Assembly: GCA_963850515.1 (NCBI GenBank) | Contig: CAWKMH010000033.1 | Coordinates: forward strand, 3,665-67,664 | Length of the DNA: 64,000 nucleotides | Source of the DNA: an uncultured beta proteobacterium | GTDB taxonomy: Bacteria; Pseudomonadota; Gammaproteobacteria; Burkholderiales; Nitrosomonadaceae | Direction of reading: 5' to 3' | Part shown: positions 36,808 to 45,716 of the stretch, one piece after another | How positions within the stretch are numbered: position 1 is the stretch's first letter | Layout: every line of letters begins with the position of its first letter | Translations under genes and position numbers: made by a program | The notes under the pieces: model-generated | Database searches by the model: none | The model's input: only the letters and a program-made list of their open reading frames with translations | What the model was told of the DNA's origin: nothing

Positions 36808-37786
36808 ATGACAAGCAACACCTCAGTACCCGATCGGCAGCTCCCGGACGATTTGATCTCGGAGATGGCCTCGCTGAGTTCAAAAGTTGTATCAGCGGAT
36901 TTTCTTATTCTCGTTGACGCGTTGAAATCCCGGTTCGGGTCATCGCTGCGAAGCGGTGCTTCTTTATGGATCTTGCCTGCGCTCTCACGAGATCGGTGAC
37001 GGGGTGGTGGATTTCTACGCTGTAGTGAACAGCTACAGCGAAGCTTATCCAGAGCATTATCTAGCTGTTCTCAACGCATGGCTGCCGCCAAACGTATTTT
37101 TTCTCGAGGTATCCGCGCAGGAAAAGAAGTTCCGCGCCAAGTATGCGGTGGTTTCGATGGCGGATTTCGAGCAGGGCACCCAACACTGGTTTCACCCCTA
37201 TCTATGGGCGCGCTTTCGCTCAGCCCTCCCGGTTGCTGTATGCGCGTGACGAAACTGGTTCGCACGCGGGTCAACCAGGCGCTGGCCCATGCGGTGCGTA
37301 ACATTTCTCGAATCCAGCCTTCCCTTATTGCCGGGGCCATCCGCAGTGAGTGCCGAGACAATCTGGACCAACGGATTGACCCAGACCTATGCGGCGGAAT
37401 TGCGGCCTGAGCGGTCGACGCGCGCCCGCCAGCTCGTCGAGCTCAATCTGGATGACTACGCACGCTTGACCCGATGCGCCGTACCGGCATTAGCAGGAAA
37501 CGCTGAGGTATTGCCGGATGGGAATTATCGATGTTTAACGGGTGTGGCAGAACGGCGCCACTCGTTATGGCGTTGGCGATTACGCCGCTGGCAGGGAAAA
37601 ATCCTGTCTGTGCTGCGGCTTTCAAAGGCGGCGTTTACTTTCCATGACAGCATCAATTATGCCGCCTGGAAAATCGAGCGTCATACCGGGGTCCGTGTCG
37701 AGGTAACCCCCTTGTTGCGGCGCCATCCGCTGCTTTGGGGCCTGAAGGTTTCGTGGAGATTGTTGCGGCGAGGCGTAATGCGCTAG
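36808..37786 (+). CDS. Conserved protein, nucleotidyltransferase-like (CpgC-like; frameshifted)
   Basis: LLYGSCLR, VDFYAVV, WLPPNVF, AKYAV, YLWARF, TYAAELRPE and YAAWKIERHTG; directly follows the kinase. Confidence 0.72.
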
Positions 37787-37838
37787 CAGCGCTCACACGT
37801 CGACGTCGGGATTGGGCATTGTATAAGCGAACCAGAGA

Positions 37839-39038
37839 TCATGAGTATGCCTCTGCTTCAGCAGACGTGTATGGTATCGTTTCGCTTGATTGGAGAATCA
37901 GATCGCAAACTTCGCGGACCGCACCATGGCCGCCGGAGTGCTTACAAACGTAGTGAACTTGCCGCAGAATTTCCGGAACGGCATCCGCTGGGCAAAACGC
38001 ACTACCCACCCGACTCAAACACTTCAGATCGCTGAGGTCGTCGCCGACGTAGCCAATATTTTGCAGGGAAATTCCCCAGCGTTGTGCCAACTCCAGCAGA
38101 AGCGGGAGTTTATTCTGTACACCTGGATAATATTCATCAATGCGCAGTTTCTTCATTCTGGCTGCGACGGCAGGGCTGTCCTCGGTGCTGATAACGCACA
38201 CGCTGATGCCATTTTCCCGCAACAATTGCAAGCCATGGGCATCGCGCGTATTGAATTTCTTCAGTGCTTCACCGGCGGGTCCATAATACATTCCGGCGTC
38301 GGTCAGTGTACCGTCTACATCGAGCACCAACACTTTAACCTGTGAGGCGCGAGCTTTCGCCGATATCAGTTTTTGTTTCAACAAAAGCTGCTCTACAGCC
38401 GTCCAGCCCGCTTCATCGATCACTTCGATTGCGGTCTCGGCAGCCATTTCATGGATGCCGATGTGGCCACCTAAACGGCAGCCGTGATCTCTGAGCGATT
38501 TCGCTCCGGTTAGATAGAAAGCACCATTTTCCACCAGATACCCTTCAATATCTTTGGGCACAGGGCGTTTCCGGGGGTCATGGTCAACCGGCGCACCTGC
38601 CGGGGTCCAAAAGAAGCGTTTGGACTGCACGGCAGTTAGAAGGGAATCCAGGTTTTCAGAAAGAAACTTATGCTTGGCGGCACGAAAGTCTTCCGCCCGC
38701 GTGAGGGGCGAAGCGGCCCGAACCAGACATACGACATCAAAAAGAATCTTCTGTTGAAACTCAAGCAGCGCGCTGTCCATGCTGCCGTCATCCTTCACGG
38801 CGGAGTAATCCAGAACCTTTATCGTCTTATCAGACGCCGGAAATTCATCGGATATTTTCTTGCGAATCTCCACCGATGAGTCAGTAATGACATAAATGGT
38901 GTCGAAACACCCGGATGCGATGGCCTGCTCCAGGACCCAGGCGAATAACGGCCGTCCCGCAATATGGCGCGTAGCATTTCGGAGAATCGGAATCGATTCG
39001 AAATTTCCATGCAGAGGTATGAGAGCTACCCAACGCAT
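37839..39038 (-). CDS. Fused CMP-sialic-acid-synthetase-like domain (degenerate) + KdsC-like C0 HAD phosphatase
   Basis: NeuA-fold N-terminus (ENGAFY). HAD motifs DVDGTLTD, FNTRD, GDDLSD, PADA and GGHGAVRE. Confidence 0.88.
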   Translation of the reverse strand: MRWVALIPLHGNFESIPILRNATRHIAGRPLFAWVLEQAIASGCFDTIYVITDSSVEIRKKISDEFPASDKTIKVLDYSAVKDDGSMDSALLEFQQKILFDVVCLVRAASPLTRAEDFRAAKHKFLSENLDSLLTAVQSKRFFWTPAGAPVDHDPRKRPVPKDIEGYLVENGAFYLTGAKSLRDHGCRLGGHIGIHEMAAETAIEVIDEAGWTAVEQLLLKQKLISAKARASQVKVLVLDVDGTLTDAGMYYGPAGEALKKFNTRDAHGLQLLRENGISVCVISTEDSPAVAARMKKLRIDEYYPGVQNKLPLLLELAQRWGISLQNIGYVGDDLSDLKCLSRVGSAFCPADAVPEILRQVHYVCKHSGGHGAVREVCDLILQSSETIPYTSAEAEAYS

Positions 39039-39916
39039 CAGTTGAAGTGAACTCCCTGCACGCGTTTGAGCTTGTCGCGCTGCGAAAGCTCGATCTCTGT
39101 CATTTCATTTTCCTTGACCCGTAATGTCTTGCAGACGTTGCGAACATCCCGAACCAGCCTGCGCAGCCCGTCCGGTTCCAGCGACGCGGCATGGTCGGTT
39201 CCCTTCCAGGTCCGGTCCAATGTGAAATGCCGTTCAATCCAGGATGCGCCTAAAACCACGGTTGCAATATCAACGGCAATGCCAAGATGGTGACCGGAGA
39301 ATCCGATTTCCTTGACGCGGGAGCCAAACTTATCATTGAGGATCTGTATTTCCAGCAGGCAGACCTGATCAAAAGGAACGGGATATCCGGACGTGCATGC
39401 GTACAGAACAACTCGGTCGGCGGCGCCGCACTTCTCCATCAATTGCACGATCTGCTCTTGTTCAGCAGGGGTCGTCATGCCGACGGATATGTGAATGTCA
39501 CCGCCATAATGGTCAGCAAGATACCGCAGCATGGGAAAATTGAGATTACATGCCGAGGGTATCTTGATGAATTCCGGGTTAAGGCTGGCAATTTCTTTTG
39601 CTGAGGTAAGATCCCAGACCGACGTCGAGTAGCCGATCCCGACCTCCTGGCACCATTGCTGTAATTGCCGATGCTGATCCATGTCGAATTCGAGAAATTC
39701 ACGGTGCGCGCCATAGCTTTCCCCATAACTGTTTTGGGGGTTCGGATGGCGTGCACCATATTCTTCAGGGGTAAGTAATTCCCTGTTCGAACGCTTTTGA
39801 AATTTTACGAAATCGCATTTCGCAAATGTTGCCGCGATCCCTATCATTTCGCGGGCGATCTCCATGTCCCCCTTATGATTACAGCCTATTTCAGCAATGA
39901 TTTTTGGTGTCTTCAT
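39038..39916 (-). CDS. neuB: Nonulosonate(-9-phosphate) synthase, NeuB family, without C-terminal SAF domain
   Basis: IAEIGCNHKG, KFQKR, KIPSA, GFSGHH and ERHFTLDRTWKGTDHAASLEP. Confidence 0.88.
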   Translation of the reverse strand: MKTPKIIAEIGCNHKGDMEIAREMIGIAATFAKCDFVKFQKRSNRELLTPEEYGARHPNPQNSYGESYGAHREFLEFDMDQHRQLQQWCQEVGIGYSTSVWDLTSAKEIASLNPEFIKIPSACNLNFPMLRYLADHYGGDIHISVGMTTPAEQEQIVQLMEKCGAADRVVLYACTSGYPVPFDQVCLLEIQILNDKFGSRVKEIGFSGHHLGIAVDIATVVLGASWIERHFTLDRTWKGTDHAASLEPDGLRRLVRDVRNVCKTLRVKENEMTEIELSQRDKLKRVQGVHFN

Positions 39917-40056
39917 AAATGATTTAAGATTATCCTTTGATTACAAATGAAATGAATATAAAACCCGAGCCCATCTTTGGCGAGTGCCGCCACTATATCA
40001 GACGGATCCGGAAAGCTTTTTTGGAAAGAGATTGTGAGGTTTAATTCGAAGATTTG

Positions 40057-41458
40057 CTAACCCTGGATTCTGAACAGGTGTCTTGAATGTTGTTTGACTC
40101 TGATATTGCCGAAACGATTCAATAAGTGACCAAAACGCGCGATCTTCTGCTCGATCTCCGCAACCGGGATCTCGGGGAAGCGATGGTCATGGTACGAAAG
40201 CCGGTTGGGGCCAGGACGGCGCATGTTCAAGTTTGTGACCGAAGCCTTTAACTTGGCGAGCGCCCAGCCCTGAACAAACGTTCCGACCGGGGGTGAGGGC
40301 GGCTGCTTTCTACCATAGCCATTTTCCTCAAGGATATCGACGATGCGCTCGCAAGCCAAACGCCCATTTTGAGCCGCCAGGTAATAATCGATGAGTGCCT
40401 TGCGTTCCTCACCTCCCGCGACGCCCAGTTTGCCTTCAAGAATTCCGGTCAAGGTATGCTGCAATTCTTCAAAATTGAAGGACTGATAGCTTAGCTTGGT
40501 GGGCAGGCCCTGAAACTCATAGTCATAATACTCGTTGAATGTCGCAAGGTAAGATATAGCAGGCACCCCAAGCGCATAAGCCTCCAGTCCCGTCGTGCAA
40601 CCATTGTGCACCATTGTCTTCGCAGCCAGAAGCCAGGGGATGACATTGCCCTCATTGATGACTTTCACTCGCCGGCACTTGGCGGCGATCTCATTGTATA
40701 CCTTGAAATTTTCGCTCGGATGTGGCCGGACGACAATCGTCAGATCAGGAAAAGCCCGTTCGAGAGCGGGAATGAGTTGCTTGAAATCCTCCAGTATTGC
40801 CTGCTTATGATCCCATAATCCATCGGCAAATTCGCGGCTCATCCCAATCCCGGCTTGGCCGCGCCGGGACTTCTTCTGCCCATCTTTCGATGGCACAAAC
40901 AAACCAACATTCGGAATGAAGGGGTTTACCTCGGTAAAGTTCGTGTTGATGAGAATGAAATTACCGTAAAGTTTACGCAATTTCTCTACTTCTGTATCAA
41001 AATAGGGTCGCATTTCGGGCCGCAATATATCCCCGCGAGGATTTCCGGTAATATGGATAGGCATATTTGCAGGCAGTTGCGGATACTGCTGAAGCAAGTC
41101 GACATTTTCCTGACCCCAGGCAAATATGTGGGACACATTCCTGATTGTCGTCGGCGACAGTCGAACGGTGAAATAGGTGTCGGGGGGCGGGTGAACCAGC
41201 GCCTCTTCTTCCCATGCGACGATCTCATGTCCAGAGCAAACGCAGGATTCTGAACATCGAATTGCTCAGGCTGCGCATGCTTTTTGCCAGATACACCCCC
41301 CGTGGAAGCGACGCTACCTCGAAATGGACAAACGCGCGCGAACCGAGAATAACCGGAAAACCGCGCTCCGCCGCTACGCAGGACAGCAGGAGTTTCGCGT
41401 CCAATTCACGCACCTGATTTTCAACGGGAATAATGAGGGTCGAAGCGGGATTTGACAT
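40057..41458 (-). CDS. Surface carbohydrate biosynthesis protein (GT-B-like; one frameshift)
   Basis: PVENQVRELDAKLLL, WEEEALV, FAWG, TGNPR, ILINTNF, VRPHPSE and HNGCTTGLEA. Confidence 0.75.
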
Positions 41459-41764
41459 ATTTTCTAAAATTCAAGTTAGCAAGTCCAAGTTTTCTATTAT
41501 CGCATTGACGCGAGGTGCAAGGTACATCATTCGTACGTAAACGAAGCGCACGGTACGCCAAGGCCGCGCTGGCTACAAGGATAGAAAGATATTGTGTACT
41601 GTCGCAACATCGATTCGGTCGGATTTATGATTCGAGATATCCAGTACTGGCTGAATTTGGACGGTGGTTCCGGCTGAAATGTGGATCTAGTAGAGAAAAT
41701 ACTAATTCTGGTCTTGACTACAAGAACCTGGGCTTGCCAGCAAGCCAGTGGCATTATGAAATAA

Positions 41765-42700
41765 ATGAGCATTTCCACTGAACCGATGAGAGAATATCTG
41801 ATGTCTATAGCCCCCCCCGCTAACACTTCCGATGTCTTTCTATCTCCTTCGTTTCAGGCTGTTAATGATTCGTTAAAAAGATTTTCACTCACGTGTTTTC
41901 ATGATCCAGTAAAAGTTGAAGAATATGTTGATTTATTCTCTCTGCGAGCGTTGTGTAGGACGTTGGAAGCAGATCGAGGGGCAAGCAAAAACTCTGCGCT
42001 CGGAAAATCCGTCTCGGCGTTTGAGGAAAAACCGTTTGAACCCGAATACGATGATTTGTGTCGTCTTCATTGGATCGCATTAAATCGTAAAGTCATCAAC
42101 GCTCTCGAGTTTGGCAGTGGCTACAGCACAGTAATCCTCACCGACGCGATGCGCACGCTTAACGGACACTTCGGTGAGTGGGCAAGAAAATCCATTCGTA
42201 GTGACAATCCATTTCACGTGTATACGGTTGAGGAGGACCAGCGTTTTTTAGAAATCACCAGATCAAGACTTGGATCAAAGCTTCAAGCATTCGCCACCAT
42301 TTCTCATAGCTCTGTTGATGTTTTGATTCACGACAATAGAATCGCAAGCGTTTATTCAAAACTACCCAATATATCCCCCGACTTTATCTATCTCGACGGT
42401 CCCTCGCAATTTGCTACTACACAAGAGATAAACGGCTTCTCGTTCAACAGCAAAGCAAGAATGCCGATGTCGGCGGATATTTTGAGAGTTGAGTTTTTTC
42501 TTGAACCGGGCACGCTTATTCTGGTGGATGGTAGAACCGCCAATGCTCGTTTTTTGAAATCCTATCTGCGTCGAAACTGGATCTACCTACACGACCCGAT
42601 TGGGGATATTCATTATTTTGAATTACAGGAAGAACCGTTCGGGCCCTTTAATAAGTTGAAGCTCGAGTTTTGCTTGAATGAAAACTGGCTTATTGCCTAA
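41765..42700 (+). CDS. Class I SAM-methyltransferase-like hypothetical protein
   Basis: Intact 311-aa ORF with ALEFGSGYST, PDFIYLDGP and ILVDGR. Confidence 0.65.
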   Translation: MSISTEPMREYLMSIAPPANTSDVFLSPSFQAVNDSLKRFSLTCFHDPVKVEEYVDLFSLRALCRTLEADRGASKNSALGKSVSAFEEKPFEPEYDDLCRLHWIALNRKVINALEFGSGYSTVILTDAMRTLNGHFGEWARKSIRSDNPFHVYTVEEDQRFLEITRSRLGSKLQAFATISHSSVDVLIHDNRIASVYSKLPNISPDFIYLDGPSQFATTQEINGFSFNSKARMPMSADILRVEFFLEPGTLILVDGRTANARFLKSYLRRNWIYLHDPIGDIHYFELQEEPFGPFNKLKLEFCLNENWLIA

Positions 42701-42887
42701 TTCAACTCCACCGTAGCCTGAACGGCTGATTGCGCGCAGGTCTGTGTCGTTGTGGCGCACACATGTTTAGTTGCCCCATGGCTCCTCCCTTCGGAACATC
42801 GCTTGACAACCACTTACCCCAAGCGCATCATTTCGCCCGAAACGGGCTATCGAGCCTACCGAATTAAAGCAGTGCAGACTGTAGTCG

Positions 42888-43604
42888 ATGTTGATTTATT
42901 CGCTCATTCCCGCGCGGGGAGGATCAAAGGCCGTACCCCATAAAAATATCCGGCTTTTGCGGGGAAAACCTCTTATCGCCCATTCGATTGAGATTTCCCT
43001 CAAATGCCCTTCCATCCAGCGAACTTTTGTCAGCACGGACTCGGAGGAAATTGCCAACGTCGCGAGAAATGCCGGCGCCGAGGTACCTTTCTTAAGGCCC
43101 AGTGAACTCGCGCAGGACGATACGCGGGACTTGCCCGTATTTCATCATTTTTTGGGATGGTTGGAGCAAAATCGAGTTCCACTTCCCGATGCCATCTTTC
43201 AATTCCGTCCAACTTCTCCCTCGCGTAGCGTTTCGAAAATAGAAGAGGCTGCTGAGCTCCTGAAAAAAAATCCGGAAGCCGATTCGGTTCGAGGAATCAT
43301 CGAGCCGGGGCAAAATCCCTACAAAATGTGGACCATCGGAGCGGATGGTTTTATGCAAGCGCTATTGAGCATTCCCGGCATTCCCGAGCCCTTTAACGAG
43401 CCGAGGCAAAGTTTGCCCAAGGTGTATTGGCAAATCGGTTATCTGGATTTGATTCGTACCCGGACCATTCTGGAAAAAAATTCCCTCACAGGCACACATG
43501 TCTTACCGCTTAAAATCGACAGCAACGACTCCATCGATATCGACGATGAATTCTCGTTTCAACTGGCCGAGTTCCTGATGGAAAGACGAGGAAGCACCAT
43601 TTGA
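42888..43604 (+). CDS. neuA: CMP-nonulosonate synthetase (acylneuraminate cytidylyltransferase)
   Basis: IPARGGSKAVPHKN, VSTDS, FLRP.ELA.D, RPTSP and SIDIDD. Confidence 0.88.
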   Translation: MLIYSLIPARGGSKAVPHKNIRLLRGKPLIAHSIEISLKCPSIQRTFVSTDSEEIANVARNAGAEVPFLRPSELAQDDTRDLPVFHHFLGWLEQNRVPLPDAIFQFRPTSPSRSVSKIEEAAELLKKNPEADSVRGIIEPGQNPYKMWTIGADGFMQALLSIPGIPEPFNEPRQSLPKVYWQIGYLDLIRTRTILEKNSLTGTHVLPLKIDSNDSIDIDDEFSFQLAEFLMERRGSTI

Positions 43605-44587
43605 AAGCTCTGGTGGTTGGCCTTGGATCCATTGGAGTCAGGCACCTCAACAATTTACATACGCTCGGAATTCGCGAACTCGGCGTGGTGCGAAGCCGGA
43701 ATCTTCCGCCTCCCATGGAGATCATCCCCGAAGGTATTGCTGTCTTTCAAGATATCGACCTCGCACTCAGCCACAAATTCGACCTCGTGGTGGTGGCCAA
43801 CCCTACCTCCCTTCATCTGGAAACGCTCATCAAAGCCCTCAAGGCAGGGTCCCACGTTTATGTTGAAAAACCCATTGCCCATGAAAAACGGCGGCTGCCC
43901 GAACTGGCTCACTACCTCACTCTGAATGGGCCTAAAGTTTTGGTGGGGTGTCAGCTCCGGATGCACCCGGGGCTGCAGAAAATCGAAGAATGGATCAAAC
44001 AGGATAAACTCGGAAAGATCTATTCGGTGCAAGTGGATCTTGGAGAATACCTGCCCGACTGGCACCCTTGGGAAGATTATCGGCAGAGTTATGCAGCGCG
44101 TGCGGATCAGGGGGGAGGTGTTGTTCTGACACTTATCCATGAGCTGGACTATTTGCATTGGCTTTTCGGAAAACCCAAGGAGGTCTTTGCTATCGGAGGG
44201 CATCGAACGTCTCTCGAAATCACAGCGGAAGATACCGCGCTCATCACGTTCGAAACCGAGCGAAACATCTGTGTTCAGCTCCGGATGGATTATTGGCGAA
44301 AGCCGCCTGTCCGCCGTATGAATATCGTGGCTGAAAAGGCCATCGTAGACTGGGACTATCCCGCTCGCCGCACTACCCTGAAACATAATGGGCAAATCCT
44401 GGATGAAATAGAATTACCTTCAGGCTGGGACCGGAATGCGTTATTTCTATCCATGATGGGGGAATTTATTGAGACGTTTTCCCGAGGATCGACTCCCCGA
44501 GTCACCTTGCAGGACGGCATCGATGTCCTGAACACCGCTCTAGCAGTCAAAAAATCCCTTCAAACCCATCAGAAGGTTGCTCTATGA
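43601..44587 (+). CDS. Gfo/Idh/MocA-family oxidoreductase
   Basis: GLGSIG, VEKP, YLPDWHPWEDYR and GGGVVLTLIHELD. Confidence 0.88.
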   Translation: MKALVVGLGSIGVRHLNNLHTLGIRELGVVRSRNLPPPMEIIPEGIAVFQDIDLALSHKFDLVVVANPTSLHLETLIKALKAGSHVYVEKPIAHEKRRLPELAHYLTLNGPKVLVGCQLRMHPGLQKIEEWIKQDKLGKIYSVQVDLGEYLPDWHPWEDYRQSYAARADQGGGVVLTLIHELDYLHWLFGKPKEVFAIGGHRTSLEITAEDTALITFETERNICVQLRMDYWRKPPVRRMNIVAEKAIVDWDYPARRTTLKHNGQILDEIELPSGWDRNALFLSMMGEFIETFSRGSTPRVTLQDGIDVLNTALAVKKSLQTHQKVAL

Positions 44588-45420
44588 ATCAACCGTACAA
44601 AGATACGCCCTTTGATCTTACCGACCGCGTGGTGCTCATCAGTGGAGCCACTGGTCTGCTCGGAAAAGAATTCGCTCTGGCTGCCGCTTCGGCTGGCGCC
44701 CATTTAGTACTGGGAGATTTAAAGAGAGATAATCTCGAATCTCTAAAAAGCGAAATTGCTTCTGTTTATCCAAATACGAAAACATGGATCCAGGCCCTGG
44801 ATGTGACCGACACCAATTCTTGCCGATCCATTGTCCAGTTATGCGAAATTCAGTTCAATCGACTTGATGCTGTTATCCACAGCGCCGCCATTGATCCGAA
44901 ATTTGAACGGGGTTCCGACACCACCTCTTTTTCCAAATTCACTAAGTTTCCAAAAGAACTTTGGCAATCCTCTCTGGATGTCAATTTGACGGGTGCTTTT
45001 TTATTCACCCAGGCCGCATGCGAAGTAATGGAAAAATCAGGAAGGGGATCTATTATTTTTCTGGGATCCAACTACGGACTTGTGGGGCCAGATCAACGTA
45101 TTTATAAAAAAGCAGGTCAAGAGAACCAGACATACAAGCCCGCCGTTTATTCCGTTTGCAAAGCGGGCCTGTTGGGATTGACGAAGTTTTTAGCGGCTTA
45201 TTATATGAATACCGCCATACGGGTAAACCTTCTCACGCCCAGTGGGGTTTGGAATCAACATGATGATGAGTTTATTAAAAACTATTCATCCCGGACTATC
45301 CTTGGCCGCATGTCAGAAAAAAACGAATACCGCGGAGCCGCTATTTTTCTAGCCTCGGATGCTTCGAGCTATATGACCGGAGCAAACCTGGTCATGGATG
45401 GAGGATGGACTGCATTATGA
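44584..45420 (+). CDS. SDR oxidoreductase (PtmA-like)
   Basis: GATGLLG, YSVCK catalytic motif, IRVN.L.P.G and SSYMTGANLVMDGGWT. Confidence 0.88.
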   Translation: MNQPYKDTPFDLTDRVVLISGATGLLGKEFALAAASAGAHLVLGDLKRDNLESLKSEIASVYPNTKTWIQALDVTDTNSCRSIVQLCEIQFNRLDAVIHSAAIDPKFERGSDTTSFSKFTKFPKELWQSSLDVNLTGAFLFTQAACEVMEKSGRGSIIFLGSNYGLVGPDQRIYKKAGQENQTYKPAVYSVCKAGLLGLTKFLAAYYMNTAIRVNLLTPSGVWNQHDDEFIKNYSSRTILGRMSEKNEYRGAAIFLASDASSYMTGANLVMDGGWTAL

Positions 45421-45531
45421 ATACCTCAAGACGTGATCCTTACCGAGGTGAGCTACACTGCAAAAGGTGATTTCTGGTTAAAGTCGAGTTTTGGGTATTA
45501 CAATTTCGGATTTTCAAGTTGTCGGCGCTAG

Positions 45532-45688
45532 CAGCCTGTCGGACTTAAAGGAAATCGGCTGCAAAAGCGTCTGGCCGGTTCATACTTCGCGGCTTTTTCG
45601 GCCAATAGAATAGCTATTGGTCTTCAAAATCCGCGGAATCTGTCCCCCCGTTACTTTTTCGCTGCGATTCTTCAAGTCCGACAGGCGG
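45532..45688. mobile_element. 157-bp MITE-like element
   Basis: TIR CAGCCTGTCGGACTT / AAGTCCGACAGGCGG; flanks CTAG / CCAG; internal hairpin around GCCAATAG-AATAG-CTATTGGT. Confidence 0.65.
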
Positions 45689-45716
45689 CCAGAATTTCCG
45701 TTCATGTCCACCTTTT

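Noticed and set aside
37839-38350. Housekeeping kdsC
   Set aside because: It is fused to a NeuA-like domain, coupled to neuB, and has Glu where KdsC has Arg.
43655-44395. Long antisense ORFs (246 aa here; others at 47205, 50757 and 62853)
   Set aside because: These are shadow frames of well-supported genes on the other strand and have no motifs.
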